The position numbers and the translations under genes were made by a program. Under the pieces are notes generated by a model that saw nothing but the letters and a program-made list of their open reading frames with translations, did no database searches and was not told the origin of the DNA. A stretch of 64,000 nucleotides of DNA from Raja brachyura (taxonomy: Eukaryota), in assembly GCA_963514005.1 (NCBI GenBank), contig OY740792.1, positions 16,678,001-16,742,000 of the forward strand, in the 5' to 3' direction. Shown here piece by piece: positions 24,653 through 37,086 of the stretch. Position 1 is the first letter of the stretch. Each line of letters starts with the position of its first letter.

Positions 24653-26727
24653 CTATCTAAACATTTCCTTTCCTTCAGCAACATTTCTAAGGTATCTATT
24701 GTGGTGGAGTACCATGGCATCCCCTCTTTTTTGCAAGTCTTGGGGAAATATCCAGGCTAAAAGCTGGTGGAGGATTGGTAAAGATGTGATACAGCATTGA
24801 ACAAAGCCACTTTATTAATCACAAAAGTCCTTTTAAAATTAAAATTGTTGCTCCAAGGGGTTATTAATTGAATTGCTTTCCATCACACTTCTCTGCAGTT
24901 TCATTGATAATTAAATTCTCTGCTGCCTCTAATTAATCAATCTCAATGATCACTCAATAGTTCCATTCCTACTGCATGTTTCTTTACCAAAATGATGTTC
25001 TCAGTTTGTTACAAGATAAATCAGTGTTACAGCTTGGTCACCAGAGACACTAATGCCCTAGATGTCTAAAGAAATGCATCCTTGCCAATTTGCTACATAT
25101 TTGTGGCTTATATTGTGGAAAATTGGCAAAATAACGTGAAACCACAAGATACAAATCTTTCTATAAACAATACCACTATAATAAAACCACAGAAACGATG
25201 TATCCTCATGGATTTAATGTGTCTTTCATTTTGCCAAAATCAGTTATGAAGGTCACCAGACTGAAAATTCAGAAACCAGGACCAGGTTTAATGATCTGAG
25301 TAGCATCTCTACATTAGGTCCATATTCAAATAATTAGGGAAGCATCAATCTGTATGGACATCTTTTTAATTGGATATGAATTAATTTCCTGACCAATTTG
25401 ATTTTTATATTACTAGCATTTTGTTCTTTTTTAATTTCAAATTAGGAGCATTTACTTATTTTCTATGCTTATCTTTCCCAATCGTTCATCATTATTGCTG
25501 AGACAAATAATAGGCCTAAATCACACGATTTCTAAATTCTGCCCTAATAACTCTTTGGCAATTAATTCCATTCTAGAGAAACCAGACAAACCATGGCCAG
25601 AAAAAAAGACAAAGTCAAAGTGAAATGGTTTCTTTATAAACCATTGTGTGAGAGGATGGTACAGAATGCAGTAGAACACAAATTGCTGGAGATATTTGCT
25701 GGTATCCCTGGAGAGAGGTGACGCAGGCCCTATCGAAGCTTTTCAAAAAAGGGGGGTGGCATGACAGGATTACAAAAATATTATGTAAAATAATGTGTGC
25801 GCAGCGCACATCTTGAGTGCAAAGCACAAAGTCCCTCACGGCCAGGGTCCAGGGCCCGCTTTAAGGAAGCTCTGGGGTTTTAGATGCTCTCTAGTGCATT
25901 CCGAGCCTTATTTTGGAGCATTTTTGCACCAGATTTATGACCAATATTTCAGAAATAATTTTGGTTGAGTCAAGAGTAATGAGTGGGTGGAATAGGATGA
26001 TTGGGGTCATTGTTGTATACATCTTTTTAAATCAAGAATTGAAGTTGTCCTGTTGTAAAATGTTATGTAAAATGTAATGAAGGAGCATGCAAAAACTGCA
26101 AATGAAATACTGTAAGTTTTTGCAGTAAAGAAAACCTTTTTTTCGAAAATGTTTTGGGTGTTGATTTGATTGCCTGTTACTGTTAGACTGTGTTAGTGTG
26201 TGCAGTGCGCCCTTACTGGTCCTCGTGACCCAACAACTTCAACATGGAACTTCATCATAGTGATGTGAATACAACATTTATTTCAACTTCAATTTCCATC
26301 ATGAAAATTGAAGTCAAACTAAATGGTGCATTTACATTACTATGATCGCTTTCAAACTAACCTATTTTACTGTCATACTATAACAAATCTTAGATCCACG
26401 ATGACTCATAAACAAGATCATAAATCACATTTTGAATTCTCAAACACAATGTGATTGTGAATAATTGCAGAACTGCCAAGTTTTACCGAGCATTTCCGTA
26501 TTTTGATGGCTGAAAATCAGTATTTCGTTGGGGAAATCGGTATTTCTCACATAAATGCAATAGAACGTACTACACAGAAACTGGATTTTTGGAAATCAGT
26601 ATTTTGCATGCAACCTCATGTATTCTCAAATATCAGTATGGCATACTGAAAATCAGTACTACTGAATTGTGAAACCATTTTTGAAATGTGAATTTATAAT
26701 TCTTGATTTTGATTCAATCATATCATA

Positions 26728-28446
26728 TCTCTACAATTATAAAACTCTGATCTTGCGTGTGTGCGTGTGTGGTCTAGTAGAGATTTATCCCGTGGACTCC
26801 AAAATCGTCACCTGAAAAATTCATGCTTTATTTCTCGAGTTATTAATCAAAATGTTCAAAAATCTGAAAGAACTTAGAAAAAAATTGTGCTTTGGCTGAT
26901 GACGTCACAATGGATCTGCCTCGCGCAACCTTTGCTCGACAGTATGTTCCACGTGCTGCGAGTGACGTCAACCCCCCGACCAGTCCCCCCTTCCCGCATT
27001 CGGACCCTGCAGCCGGGAGCTGCCAGACTGGAGCGAGGGAGTATTGCATTCGGGGACCAGCCCTCCCATGAATACCCCTCCCCCCAGGCTCTGGATTGAA
27101 GCCACTGAACACGCAGTCCTTTAGTTGACGTGCGCCCCGCTGCCCACTCCCTGCTCCACATGGGAGGCGTGGTCCTCCAACTCAAGTCGTTCCCGAATGC
27201 AAGATTCCAACACTCCCCTGCCTCCCTCAGCAGTGGGCTTAAAAAAAATCCACTGCACTTCCCATGCATGTTGCAATAGCAATTTGCCCTCTCCCTCCTG
27301 TGGGGTGAAAAGTTCAGTGTTCCTGTGTCGCAACACGGTATCAAAGTGTGTTGGAAACTGGCAGGAATAATTTTAATGAAAATGTGAATCAGAATATGTC
27401 TGCTCCCCCAACACAATATTCCACCACTCAGCCGTTCCCCCAAGGCAACTTAACCCTTTCCCCAACGTAAGATTCCAGCACTCCCCTGCCTCCCTCAGCA
27501 GTGGGCTTTAAAAAAATCCAACTGCACTTCCCATGCATGTTGCAATAGCAATTTGCCCTCTCCCTCCTGTGGGGTGAAAAGTTCAGTGTTCCTGTGTCAC
27601 AACATGGTATCAAAGTGTGTTGGAAACTGGCAGGAATAATTTTAATGAAAATGTGAATCAGAATATGTCTGCTCCCCCAACACAATATTCCACCACTCAG
27701 CCGTTCCCCCAAGGCAACTTAACCCTTTCCCCAACGTAAGATTCCAGCACTCCCCTGCCTCCCTCAGCAGTGGACTTACAAAAAATATTCCAATTGCACT
27801 TTCCCTGCCTGCCGCAGAAGTTCCAACTGCAATACCAATTGGCCCTTCCCCTCCTGTTGAAAAATCCCATTGAGGTGAAAAGTTCAGAGTGTTTCTGTCT
27901 TGCAACATTGTATCGAAGTGTGTTGGAAGCTGGGAGGAAGGATTTTAACAGTAAAAATCTTGTTCAAAGTTGCCATTTTATAACTTTAATTGCGAATAAC
28001 ATGTGAATTATAGGATGAAATCTTCAGTGAAGCTGGTCACTGCTAGCCGAGCCATTGTGACATCATCAGTTGAAGCTGGTCATTTTAACTTCAACGTCTT
28101 TTGATCTTTTTAAACTTTAATCAGCAATAAGTCGAGAATAAGTCAAGAAATAAAGCATAAAATGTTAAGTGAAGGTGATCTCTGTCTAGAGGGGAAAAAT
28201 GTGAATCAGAATATGTAAAAATGTAATCGTTGCTGCGTAGTGTTTTTGCGAAGATGTAAAGACAACCACATATACACACACATCCATACACATATACACC
28301 CACACATACAAGATGAGTCTTTTAATAAGTCTATACCAAGTGCAGACCCGTTGGGGGTTCCCGTATGGCACCCGTTCCTTATCCATAGTCCCCACGGAAT
28401 GCGTGGTCCTCCAACTCAAGCCGTTCCCGAACGTAAGATTCCAGCA
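26728..28446. mobile_element. Cluster of non-autonomous Helitron-like elements in both orientations
   Basis: A|TC 5' end TCTCTACAATTATAAAACTCTGATC at 26728 (same family as the minus-strand end at 58251). Minus-strand 5' end at ~28329 abuts a minus-strand 3' end remnant (CCCAACGGGTCTGCACTTGGTATAG) at 28332-28356. Confidence 0.65.
27201..27950. repeat. Tandem repeat, ~268-bp unit, about 2.7 copies
   Basis: Unit starts AAGATTCC at 27201, 27469 and 27738; first two copies near-identical. Confidence 0.9.
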
Positions 28447-29953
28447 TATATAGATAGATAGATTTTGTTTTTCTAATTTAGTTCAATCCTTGCTTAAAAA
28501 AAGCTTCTACCACTGACAGCTGAATTCAAATAAAGCAATTCCAGTAAGTTAATTGTTCATTAAGGTTGCCCTCCCATCATTGTAACAATGTAGAGGAACA
28601 ACAAAAGGCTCTTTTCTTTACTTGATGATTTGCAATTTAGTTACTAGTGCAAGTTCAAAGACAATTGTTCTCAATGTACATTAATAGATACAAATTCAGC
28701 TTTGAAAATATTTTAGCTATGCTACAGAATATTTTTGACAGAATTCTTCAAAGGTAATGTTTAAAATTACAGCAAAACTTTAGCATCAGAATTACATTAT
28801 TTATTACCTGAAAATTTTGCCATTTAGTTTCAATGTTTTTGTCCAGTAATATATCAAGTCGAAATAGAACAGATGCAAAAACAGATAGGTAACGAGACTA
28901 ACATTACCCAGCCGTGAAAGTTAAGTAACATGGATCAAAATGGCAGGAATATTGAGACATTGCAGATATGCATTTTATATTTGGCTGAACCTGTGAAACT
29001 GTGTGCCTGAGGCCTCAAACAATAAGCTCCAGCAAGGAATGAGAGATCACATGAACTGCTGCAGCATTACAAGGACATACAGTATAGCTCTCCTGGAAAA
29101 TCATGTTTTCGGAAAAGCATGGTCTTATGAATCATGGTTTTTCCTGACACGCCTCTCTCAAGCGGCACCACACATGTGCCCCAATTTTCCGGTGACGAGG
29201 GAACTACAACTTCCATGATCCCTGCAGCCAAGCAAAAGTACTGGAGCCCATAATATCTGAATACCTATGACTAAAGATAATGGAATTTTCTTTGACAGAT
29301 CAGTGAAAGTCCAAAGCTCTGAAAACATTAGTTAATTATTGGAGATTTTAAGGCATGTAAACATATTTCCTTCTAATAATAGGAAACTAAACAATGTTTG
29401 CAGCAAGCACAATGGTTGCAAAATACTGTGTCCAACAATCCTGGCGGAAGGCATGAGTGCCCTCAATTAAAATCAAGATTTTACTTTGCCAAGATATCAG
29501 AAAAGCAGCTTAACCCTTGAAACAACTAACCTCCTCATTAACAAATATAAATTGGATTTGTGGATTGACAGGAAGAGAGAGTAAGCATTTCATAAGTTTA
29601 ACACGTTGTGTATGCAATTTTATTAGGACAAATTTTACAAAAGTAGCATAACAGTAGAAGAAGAAGTTATAATCCCAGATAAGGTACAGCACAGTTTGTT
29701 CTTTGGCGATGCAGTACAAAAATAATAGTTAATCATCAGCTGAATTAGAACAATAGCAAAGGTCTATAAATAATTTGAATGCAGTGGACTTTCACTGACC
29801 TCAACTAACAGTGTTATAAATGTATTTTACGTAACCATAAGTCACTGGAGTGCTGATGACGCACACTAATGAAACCTTTCAAGAACTTGATCTAATATAG
29901 AATGAGCCAAATTCAATACCATAAATATAAATAAACTTATTGGCCTTTAACTT

Positions 29954-30558
29954 TCATAGCAGAAAGATTTGAGTATAGGAGCAGGGAGGTTCTACTTCAG
30001 TTGTATAGGGTCTTGGTGAGACCACACCTGGAGTATTGCGTACAGTTCTGGTCTCCAAATCTGAGAAAGGACATTATTGCCATAGAGGGAGTGCAGAGAA
30101 GGTTCACCAGACTGATTACTGGGATGTCAGGACTGTCTTATGAACAAAGACTGCATAGACTTGGTTTATACTCTCTAGAATTTAGGAGATTGAGAGGGGA
30201 TCTTATAGAAACTTACAAAATTCTTAAGGGGTTGGACAGGCTAGATGCAGGAAGATTGTTCCCGATGTTGGGTAGGTCCAGGACAAGGGGTCACAGCTTA
30301 AGGATAAGGGGGAAATCCTTTAGGACCGAGATGAGAAGGATTTTTTTCTCACAGAGAGTGGTGGGTCTCTGGAACTCTCTGCCACAGAGGGTAGTTGAGG
30401 CCAGTTCATTGGCTATATTTAAGAGGGAGTTAGATGTGGCCCTTGTGGCTAAGGGGATCAGAGGGTATGGAGAGAAGGCAGGTACGGGATACTGAGTTGG
30501 ATGATCAGCCATGGTCATATTGAATCTACTCCTGCATCTAATTTCTATGTTTCTATGT
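29954..30558 (+). mobile_element. CR1 LINE 3' fragment (young family)
   Basis: ORF 30001-30495 near-identical to the 3' ends of the 2777 and 52950 copies; (TTCTATGT)n tail. Confidence 0.95.
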
Positions 30559-30829
30559 TAAGATTCTGTAATTCTGTGGGGGGGGGGGGGGGGGAATGCT
30601 TAGATAATTGGATAAAAAGATGGGCAGATTATAATAATAGGTATAACAGAAATATATATGTCATTAATAGAGCCGGGATGTTTGGGCACTAAAAATCTCT
30701 GAAATAGGAAGGCAAATAGGCATAATAAAATTACAAAAAAGGCACGAAAAAGGCATTTATTGACAAAGAAAGGCATAAAAAGGCATTTCCACTGCCAAAA
30801 TATAGTTAAAAATGATAATATAAAGGTAT

Positions 30830-32303
30830 ACTACATTAAATGACCAAAGTTGCCTGGTTGCACATAATTACTAGCATTTTTTTTCAAATTATTTAGTGTT
30901 AAACTATGCCATCTGTCAGACGGAATATGCTTCAGTTGAGAAAAACCACTTTCTGCCCCACTGGTGCATACCCAAAACAAGCCACTGACTCTATATTCAT
31001 GTTGATATCTTGTGCATAACAACTACCTTTGAGAACTTCAGCTATGTTTTGTGTTTCTTTTAGATCTTTGTTACCTAAAATCACTCTCTCACATTTTCCT
31101 TGTATGTCTTTACCTACATCGCCAGGAACTTTATGAATATCGTCAGTTACTTTGTTGAAAACCTTCAAGTTATTCACTAATGTTTTTCCACGTTTCTCAA
31201 GGAAAGTGATAGCTTGTGGGAAGTTTGCAAAATTGGAAGCAATAAACACAAGATCACGGTGGAGGGACTTTTTCTGCATGATTTCACTGACGATCCTGAC
31301 TGCAGCAGTTTCTTCTTCAAAACAGTTGACAATTTATTTTATGTTTTCAAAATTTGCAGCATAGTAGAGTACAGCAGAGAGCCATGTACCCCACCTAGTC
31401 AAAATGGGCTGAAGAGGTAGCGGAATCTCGGGAGCCATTTCCTTGAACAACTGCACACGTGACGGTGCTTTGAGGAAGATTTTCTTGACATTGGAAACTA
31501 GCCAATCGACATTTGGAAACAAGCTACGTATGTGCTCGGCAATTCTATGGAGTCCGTGAGCTAAGCATGTCAAATGCAACATTTTGGGGAATAAAACTTT
31601 AAGAGCACGAGCAGCTTTTTTCATGTACGGAGCTGCATCAGTCACAAACAGAAGAGCATTCTCGTGTTTTATACCTTCTGGCTAAAGTACAGCAAGTGAA
31701 GATGGAAACAACTGGGCAATAGTTGAGCTGTTTGACTTCTCCAATACTTCCGATGTAAACAAATACTCCTTTGATGGTTGACCTGCCTCCAGTGTACCGA
31801 TGACCACATTGGCAACATATCTCCCCACAGCATCAGTTGTCTCGTCTATTGAGATCCACATTTTGTTGCATGCAACTTCATCTCTAATTTTCTGCACAAT
31901 AATGTTGAAGTTGCTGTCAACATAATTTTTCCGTAATGATGACTTGCACGGTATATGTTCCTTTGTATATTTCTCTAAAAAACCTCTGAGAAATTTGTTT
32001 TCCAATTTCCACAGTGGAATTCCAGCATCAATGAATGCCTTGCACAGATCACTCGAAAACTCAGATTTGTGACTAGAACCAGCAGTAAATGTAGTGAGGA
32101 GAAAAGCTTGTGTATATCCCGCCTTCAGATTCTCTGCCGCCGACTTGTGTTTAGCTGGGAGACGAAATATTTATTCTCATGATTCACTGCTTTCTCACAT
32201 GCTTTGCAAAACAGTACACAGTTGTCTGTAGCAAATATATCACTTCCAGACACTCTCACCAAATCCTCCATTTTTTACAAGGTGTTGACTTGACTTTAGG
32301 CAT
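30830..32303 (-). pseudogene. hAT transposase pseudogene
   Basis: MPKVKS start, VLFCKACEK zinc-finger part, [30 protein letters not shown]; broken by stops and frameshifts. Confidence 0.88.
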
Positions 32304-32327
32304 TTTGACGCTTGCAGGGGTATATCC

Positions 32328-32575
32328 TACAGGAGCGGGGATGCAGACCTTTACAGGCAGGCCAAGTACAAGCTGAGAAGAGGAATCAGTGCTGCCAAGG
32401 AAAGGTACTCTAAGAGGTTGAGGAGCAAGTTCTCAGCTAATGACTCTTCTTCAGTGTGGAAGGGCTTGCAAGAAATCACAAGCTACAAGAGGAAAGCCCT
32501 CCCGCTCCTTGGACAATCGTCAGCTGACTAATGACCTGAACGAGTTCTACTGCAGGTTCGATTAACAGAAACTTA
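32328..32575 (+). mobile_element. Internal Rex1-type LINE fragment nested in the hAT element
   Basis: Translates RSGDADLYRQAKYKLRRGISAAKERYSKRLRSKFSANDSSSVWKGLQEITSYKRK...LTNDLNEFYCRFD. Confidence 0.75.
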
Positions 32576-34435
32576 ACCCTGGTACCCCCTCCCCCCTCCC
32601 CCTCAGCCAACACTTCACACCTACTCACAGCCCGACTTCGGTTTGAAAAATTGGACCCTTCCCCACCCACTCCTCCCCAATCACCACTTCACACCTACTT
32701 TGGTGGTGGAAATTTTGTCATAAGTTACGTTAGCGGCATAAAAAAGGCTGATTTGGGCACTCGGTCGTGAAAAAAGCATTATCTTGCTGAAATCATCAAA
32801 AAAGGCATGAAAAGGCACTTATGGCACATGGCAAAATCCTGGCTCTAGTCATTAATTAAATTACATTTATGTCAAAGATAAAATAACAGATAAAGAGTAA
32901 TATGATTCACCATGTCACTATAATAAAATGGGTTTAATTCTTTCTAGTTGTAATTTCTGTTTTACAAGACTCTTGATAAAGTTAGAAATTTTGTAACAAG
33001 ACGGCCGACTTTGATCAAATAGGACTGCTGCTAATACTAGAATTTGATGATGATGATAATAATTTGTCACTTGTACCTAGGTACAGTGAAATTATTTGTT
33101 TTTGTATACAAAGTGCACAAAAAAGTCGCCACGAAGGTTTGTTCCCCCTCAAAGAAAATTTAGGGAGATAGGCAAAAGTTTGAACAACAGGACATCTAGG
33201 AACAAAGTTGCAGGATTATTCTCAATGTCATGTGCTATACAAGGGTAGGGATAAGAGGACAGGACAGATGATTGCATGGGTAAAGGGCTGGTGCCGGGGG
33301 CAGGGGGTTGTGGGGGAGGTCTTTAGTACTTGGATCATTGCAATTGCAACTGAGGCAGGTGGAATCTGTATAAGGAGGATGGGTTGCACCTAACCTAGGT
33401 GGAATCAAATACAGTCAATCATTACATTCAAGAGACATTGAGACAAGCAGTAAATTGGCGAGGCACAGTATATGAACCTGATGTGGGCAAATGGGGTTAG
33501 TGTAGATCGGCAAAAAGGTTGGCATGGACGTGATGGGTCAAATGGTCTGGTTCCGTGCGAGATGATTCTATCGCTCAATGCAGGCTCTGTACTTCTTGAT
33601 TCACTCCTGGTAGCAGTTCAAATCCAATACACAGATCAGTTTTAATCTTCCAATTGTTGTCAGTGTGTTATGTGGTAGTGATCCACGACATTTGCCTTAA
33701 TTTTAGCATGGCTTCCAAATGACTGCAAGATGTACAACATCAGACTAAGTAATTCCCGTTATGTTATATGGAAGGCAATGGAGCTGGCAGCTATGAAACG
33801 TGATTGTGCCCTTTTTTGTAAATTTATCGATAAGATGACAGTAAAGGAGACAGCTCTCTAACAAGTAAAAGGGAGATGGGAGCTTAATAGCTCTGTAAAT
33901 GTTGCACACTCATACCATTCTTCCCCCCCCCTCGCCCTCCCCCTCACGCCATCCTCAAACCGATTTTGCCGAGTTCTGTTTTAAAATGCAACCATAAACG
34001 TTGGCGGCTCAATTTAACCACGTTGAAAATTCTTTGTTATACTGCTACCAAGAAGATAGCAGGTCACTGACATGGTTTAATTGGAAGCCATTCACTCTTA
34101 CTGTTTGGAGGTGATGGACCTTTATCAGGATTTGGCCATTATTTGAGTTCTACTTCTTCACATTATGCAGAGACAAAAAGGAATGCACACATTTTCATTA
34201 CCTCAACCACCTTTCATTTATTCTGAATAACTGAAAAACGTTGTGAAATATTTTTACATGAATTCCTCGTTTACCATTTTGACATTATGGGGGATATCAT
34301 GTCGCCTTGAGAAATAATTATTTCAGGATAATTAGACGTTAAAACCAGAAGAATTAAAACTATCCTGTCCTTGCTTGAAATACATACTATTTTTTTCCTA
34401 TTTGCATTGTGTATTGGTATCTATCTATATCTATA

Positions 34436-35706
34436 TCTATATAATTAAACGTCTCATCTTGACCACTTCCTGTTTGCACTGTGCTTTGATTCTAGAAAAA
34501 ACGCTACCACATATGGCTGTGATTGTTTGGCCATCTGAGTAAGATGGCAAAAAAAAATCACAGCCGTATGTGGTAGCTGTGGAGTCCTCCTATGTGGAGT
34601 CCTCCTCCACTGCGCAGGCCCCGAGGATTTTTTCCATCGTTTCCAAAATAAAAGACTTATTAGTTTAAAAAAAAATCTTAAGATTCTCTCTCCTGTCAAT
34701 CACCGCCACGAAGGCCACGCCCATTCCGATGGGAGGGGAGGGAGGGACTGCAAAACCCAGAAGTGTGGGCGTGGCTCAATCTGTCCACAAGATGGCGAGG
34801 GAGAGGTCACGACTCTCTGTCTGAGCTGGGAAACTACAGAACTGTGAGTATGCAATGTACTTGAATAAGTGATTTGTTAGCCCTTAATGAAAATGAAATG
34901 AGTTGTTTGGCCTGCCCTATGCTTGAAGCTGCAATGGTAATGGAAATGAAGTGAAAATGCAATCAGCTGTTTGGCTTGAGCCTGCCCTGTGCTTGAAAGT
35001 GCAATGGCAATGGAAATGAAGTGAAAATGCAATTAGCTGTTTGGCTTGGCCTGCCCTGTGCTTGAAACTTCAATGGCAATGGAAGTTAAATCAAAATGCA
35101 ATGAGCTATTCGGGCTGCCCTATGCTTGAAACTGCAATGCAATTGGAAATGAAATTAAATTAGTTGTTTGGCATGCCTGAAACCACCAATTTCGGCCCAC
35201 AATGCCCCTATTAGCTGAGAAACCAGTCCCCTAGCCCAAAATGCCCATATTAGCTCAGGAGGAGCCCAAAAGGCCCGTGCCATGCCAGGAAAAGTCCAGA
35301 AAAAGTGCCTTTCACTGAGATTTCACTCCGATTTTTTTTTAAAGAGCCCCTTCGGCCCATCAGTAAGTATTCCCCCTGCAAGTATTAAACCTCACCCCAG
35401 TATTTTTATCCCTCCCTTCATTTGCTCCCTGTGAGAGATCCAAGCCAGGATAGACTTTCTTCCTTCATTGCTGTGATCTGCAGAAAAATATGAAAAATGG
35501 CTAAAATTGATTCTCCACCCGCTCCCCCTTCTCTCTCACATAGTCTCTCACCAGCCCCTTCGGCCCACAACACCCAAACTAGCGCTCAAGAACTCCCCCT
35601 CCCCCACTGGCCAGCAATATTGGAATTGGTGGAGAGGTGGAATATTGTGTTGGGGGACCAGCCCTCCCGTGTGAACATGGGACCCAACGGGTCCCACTTA
35701 CTATAG
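34436..35706 (+). mobile_element. Non-autonomous Helitron
   Basis: 5' A|TC (TCTATATAATTAAACGTCTCATCTTG); perfect hairpin TGGGACCC-AAC-GGGTCCCA at 35678-35696, ~10 nt before a CTAG-like end. Confidence 0.75.
34890..35178. repeat. Minisatellite inside Helitron, ~66-70-bp unit, about 4 copies
   Basis: Repeated GCCTGCCCTRTGCTTGAA..TGCAATGG.AATGGAAATGAA. Confidence 0.85.
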
Positions 35707-36890
35707 TATTATACTAAAACTCTCTTTGTGGCTTTTCTTCCACACACTAGGCCACAGCCTTCCCATTGTCACACATTCTACTCACATTTTCCCCGTCGAG
35801 GCGATAGTCATCTTCCCGTCACAGTTTAAAAAACAGCCCAAAAACTCACCCATTTTCCGACCGAGTGACATCATAATGCACTCTCCAGCGCTCCAACGGC
35901 ACTTTCCAGATTTAAAAAAAACTCCTGGTGAGAGGGGCACTCCAGCGCTCCAACGACCACTCGCAAAGCAGGACGGGACACTCCTGCTTTGGGAGGAGCG
36001 GCACTCAAAGCAGGACGGGACAGTCCTGACTTGAAGGAGCGGCACTCAAGCATCTGAGAGGAGTGGCAGCGGTTACCGGCGCCCGAGGCCAGACACTCAA
36101 CAGCCAGTGGAGAGGGTGGTGCTGGAGCTGGAGTGAGTGCCGAGCCCAGGGGTTGGGATGGGGCCATGACCAGGGCCGAGAAAGAAGACGCCGCTGGAAC
36201 AGGATGAGTCTGCTTCCGGGTTCAGGAACGAATCCGGAGATTAGGGCCTGTTACGTGCTAAGTTAGGGCCTGGACCGAGCTAACGGCTGGGGGCTACAGC
36301 CAGGGCGAGTACCTGAACCAGGCTGAGTTCCAGGCCCTGGCAATGCTCTACGACCAGGGTAGGTCCTGGGACAGGGAATGGGAGTGAGGGGAGGAGGATG
36401 AGGGAAATGAGGAGGGAGATGGGGTGGGGAGTGGGATGGTCGAGGGAGGTGTGGTTGGGGGGGGGGAGATACATCCCTCCCTATCTACCCTCACTCCCAC
36501 CCTCTCTACCCCCCTCCCTCTCTACCCCCTCCCTCTCTACCCCCCTCCCTCTCAACCCTCCATCCCCCCCACTCTACCCCCCTCCCTCTCTGCCTCTCTC
36601 CCCCTCCCTCCTTCTACCCTCCCTCTCTACTCCCCTCGCTATCTATTCCCCTCCCTCTCCATGCCCGTCTCCCTCCCTCTCTACCACCCCTCCCTCTCTA
36701 GGGGTTGAAGCGGATGAAGAGGAGGAGGGAGTGCTGGAGGATGAAGAGAAATTAGCCTCGCCTGAGCAGTTGGCGGCTATGCGCGAGTGGTGCAATATTG
36801 CATTGGGGGGACGGCTTGCGTTGGGGGAACGGGTGAATGGTGGAATCTTGCGTTGGGGAAGCAGACCCAACAGGTCTACACTTGGTCCAG
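35707..36890 (+). mobile_element. Second non-autonomous Helitron, head-to-tail with the first
   Basis: Starts TATTATACTAAAACTCTC; ends with imperfect hairpin GCAGACCCAACAGGTCTAC and ACTTGGTCCAG|T; CT-rich low-complexity interior. Confidence 0.65.
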
Positions 36891-37043
36891 TTCCTATTAA
36901 TGGCTTGGCAATGCACCTTACAATTATTCACAATTTAAGTAGGAGTAACATCCAGAGTAAATTATCTCCATTGAAAGATAGCAAAGAAAGCCAACAGATA
37001 AACAGAAAGAAGGTCTTAAATGTTACACAGCCATATTCTAAAA

Positions 37044-37086
37044 TATAGAGTCTGAAGAAGGGTCTCGACCCGAAACGTCGCCTATC
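37044..37086 (+). ncRNA. Putative minimal type-I hammerhead ribozyme in a Penelope-derived repeat (repeat extends to ~37150)
   Basis: CTGAAGA-A-GGGTC(TC)GACCC-GAAA-CG-TC; palindromic ACGT in place of stem III; stem I weak. Confidence 0.45.

Larger units (their letters stand above)
30668..32847 (-). mobile_element. hAT-superfamily DNA transposon (CGGBP-like/DUF659 transposase), both ends present, decayed
   Basis: TIR TAGAGCCGGGAT / ATCCTGGCTCTA; perfect 8-bp TSD GTCATTAA (30660-30667, 32848-32855); subterminal AAAAGGCA repeats. Confidence 0.93.

Noticed and set aside
36398-37048. 216-aa Pro/Ser/Leu-rich ORF
   Set aside because: Translation of a CT-rich low-complexity tract inside a Helitron; no domain features
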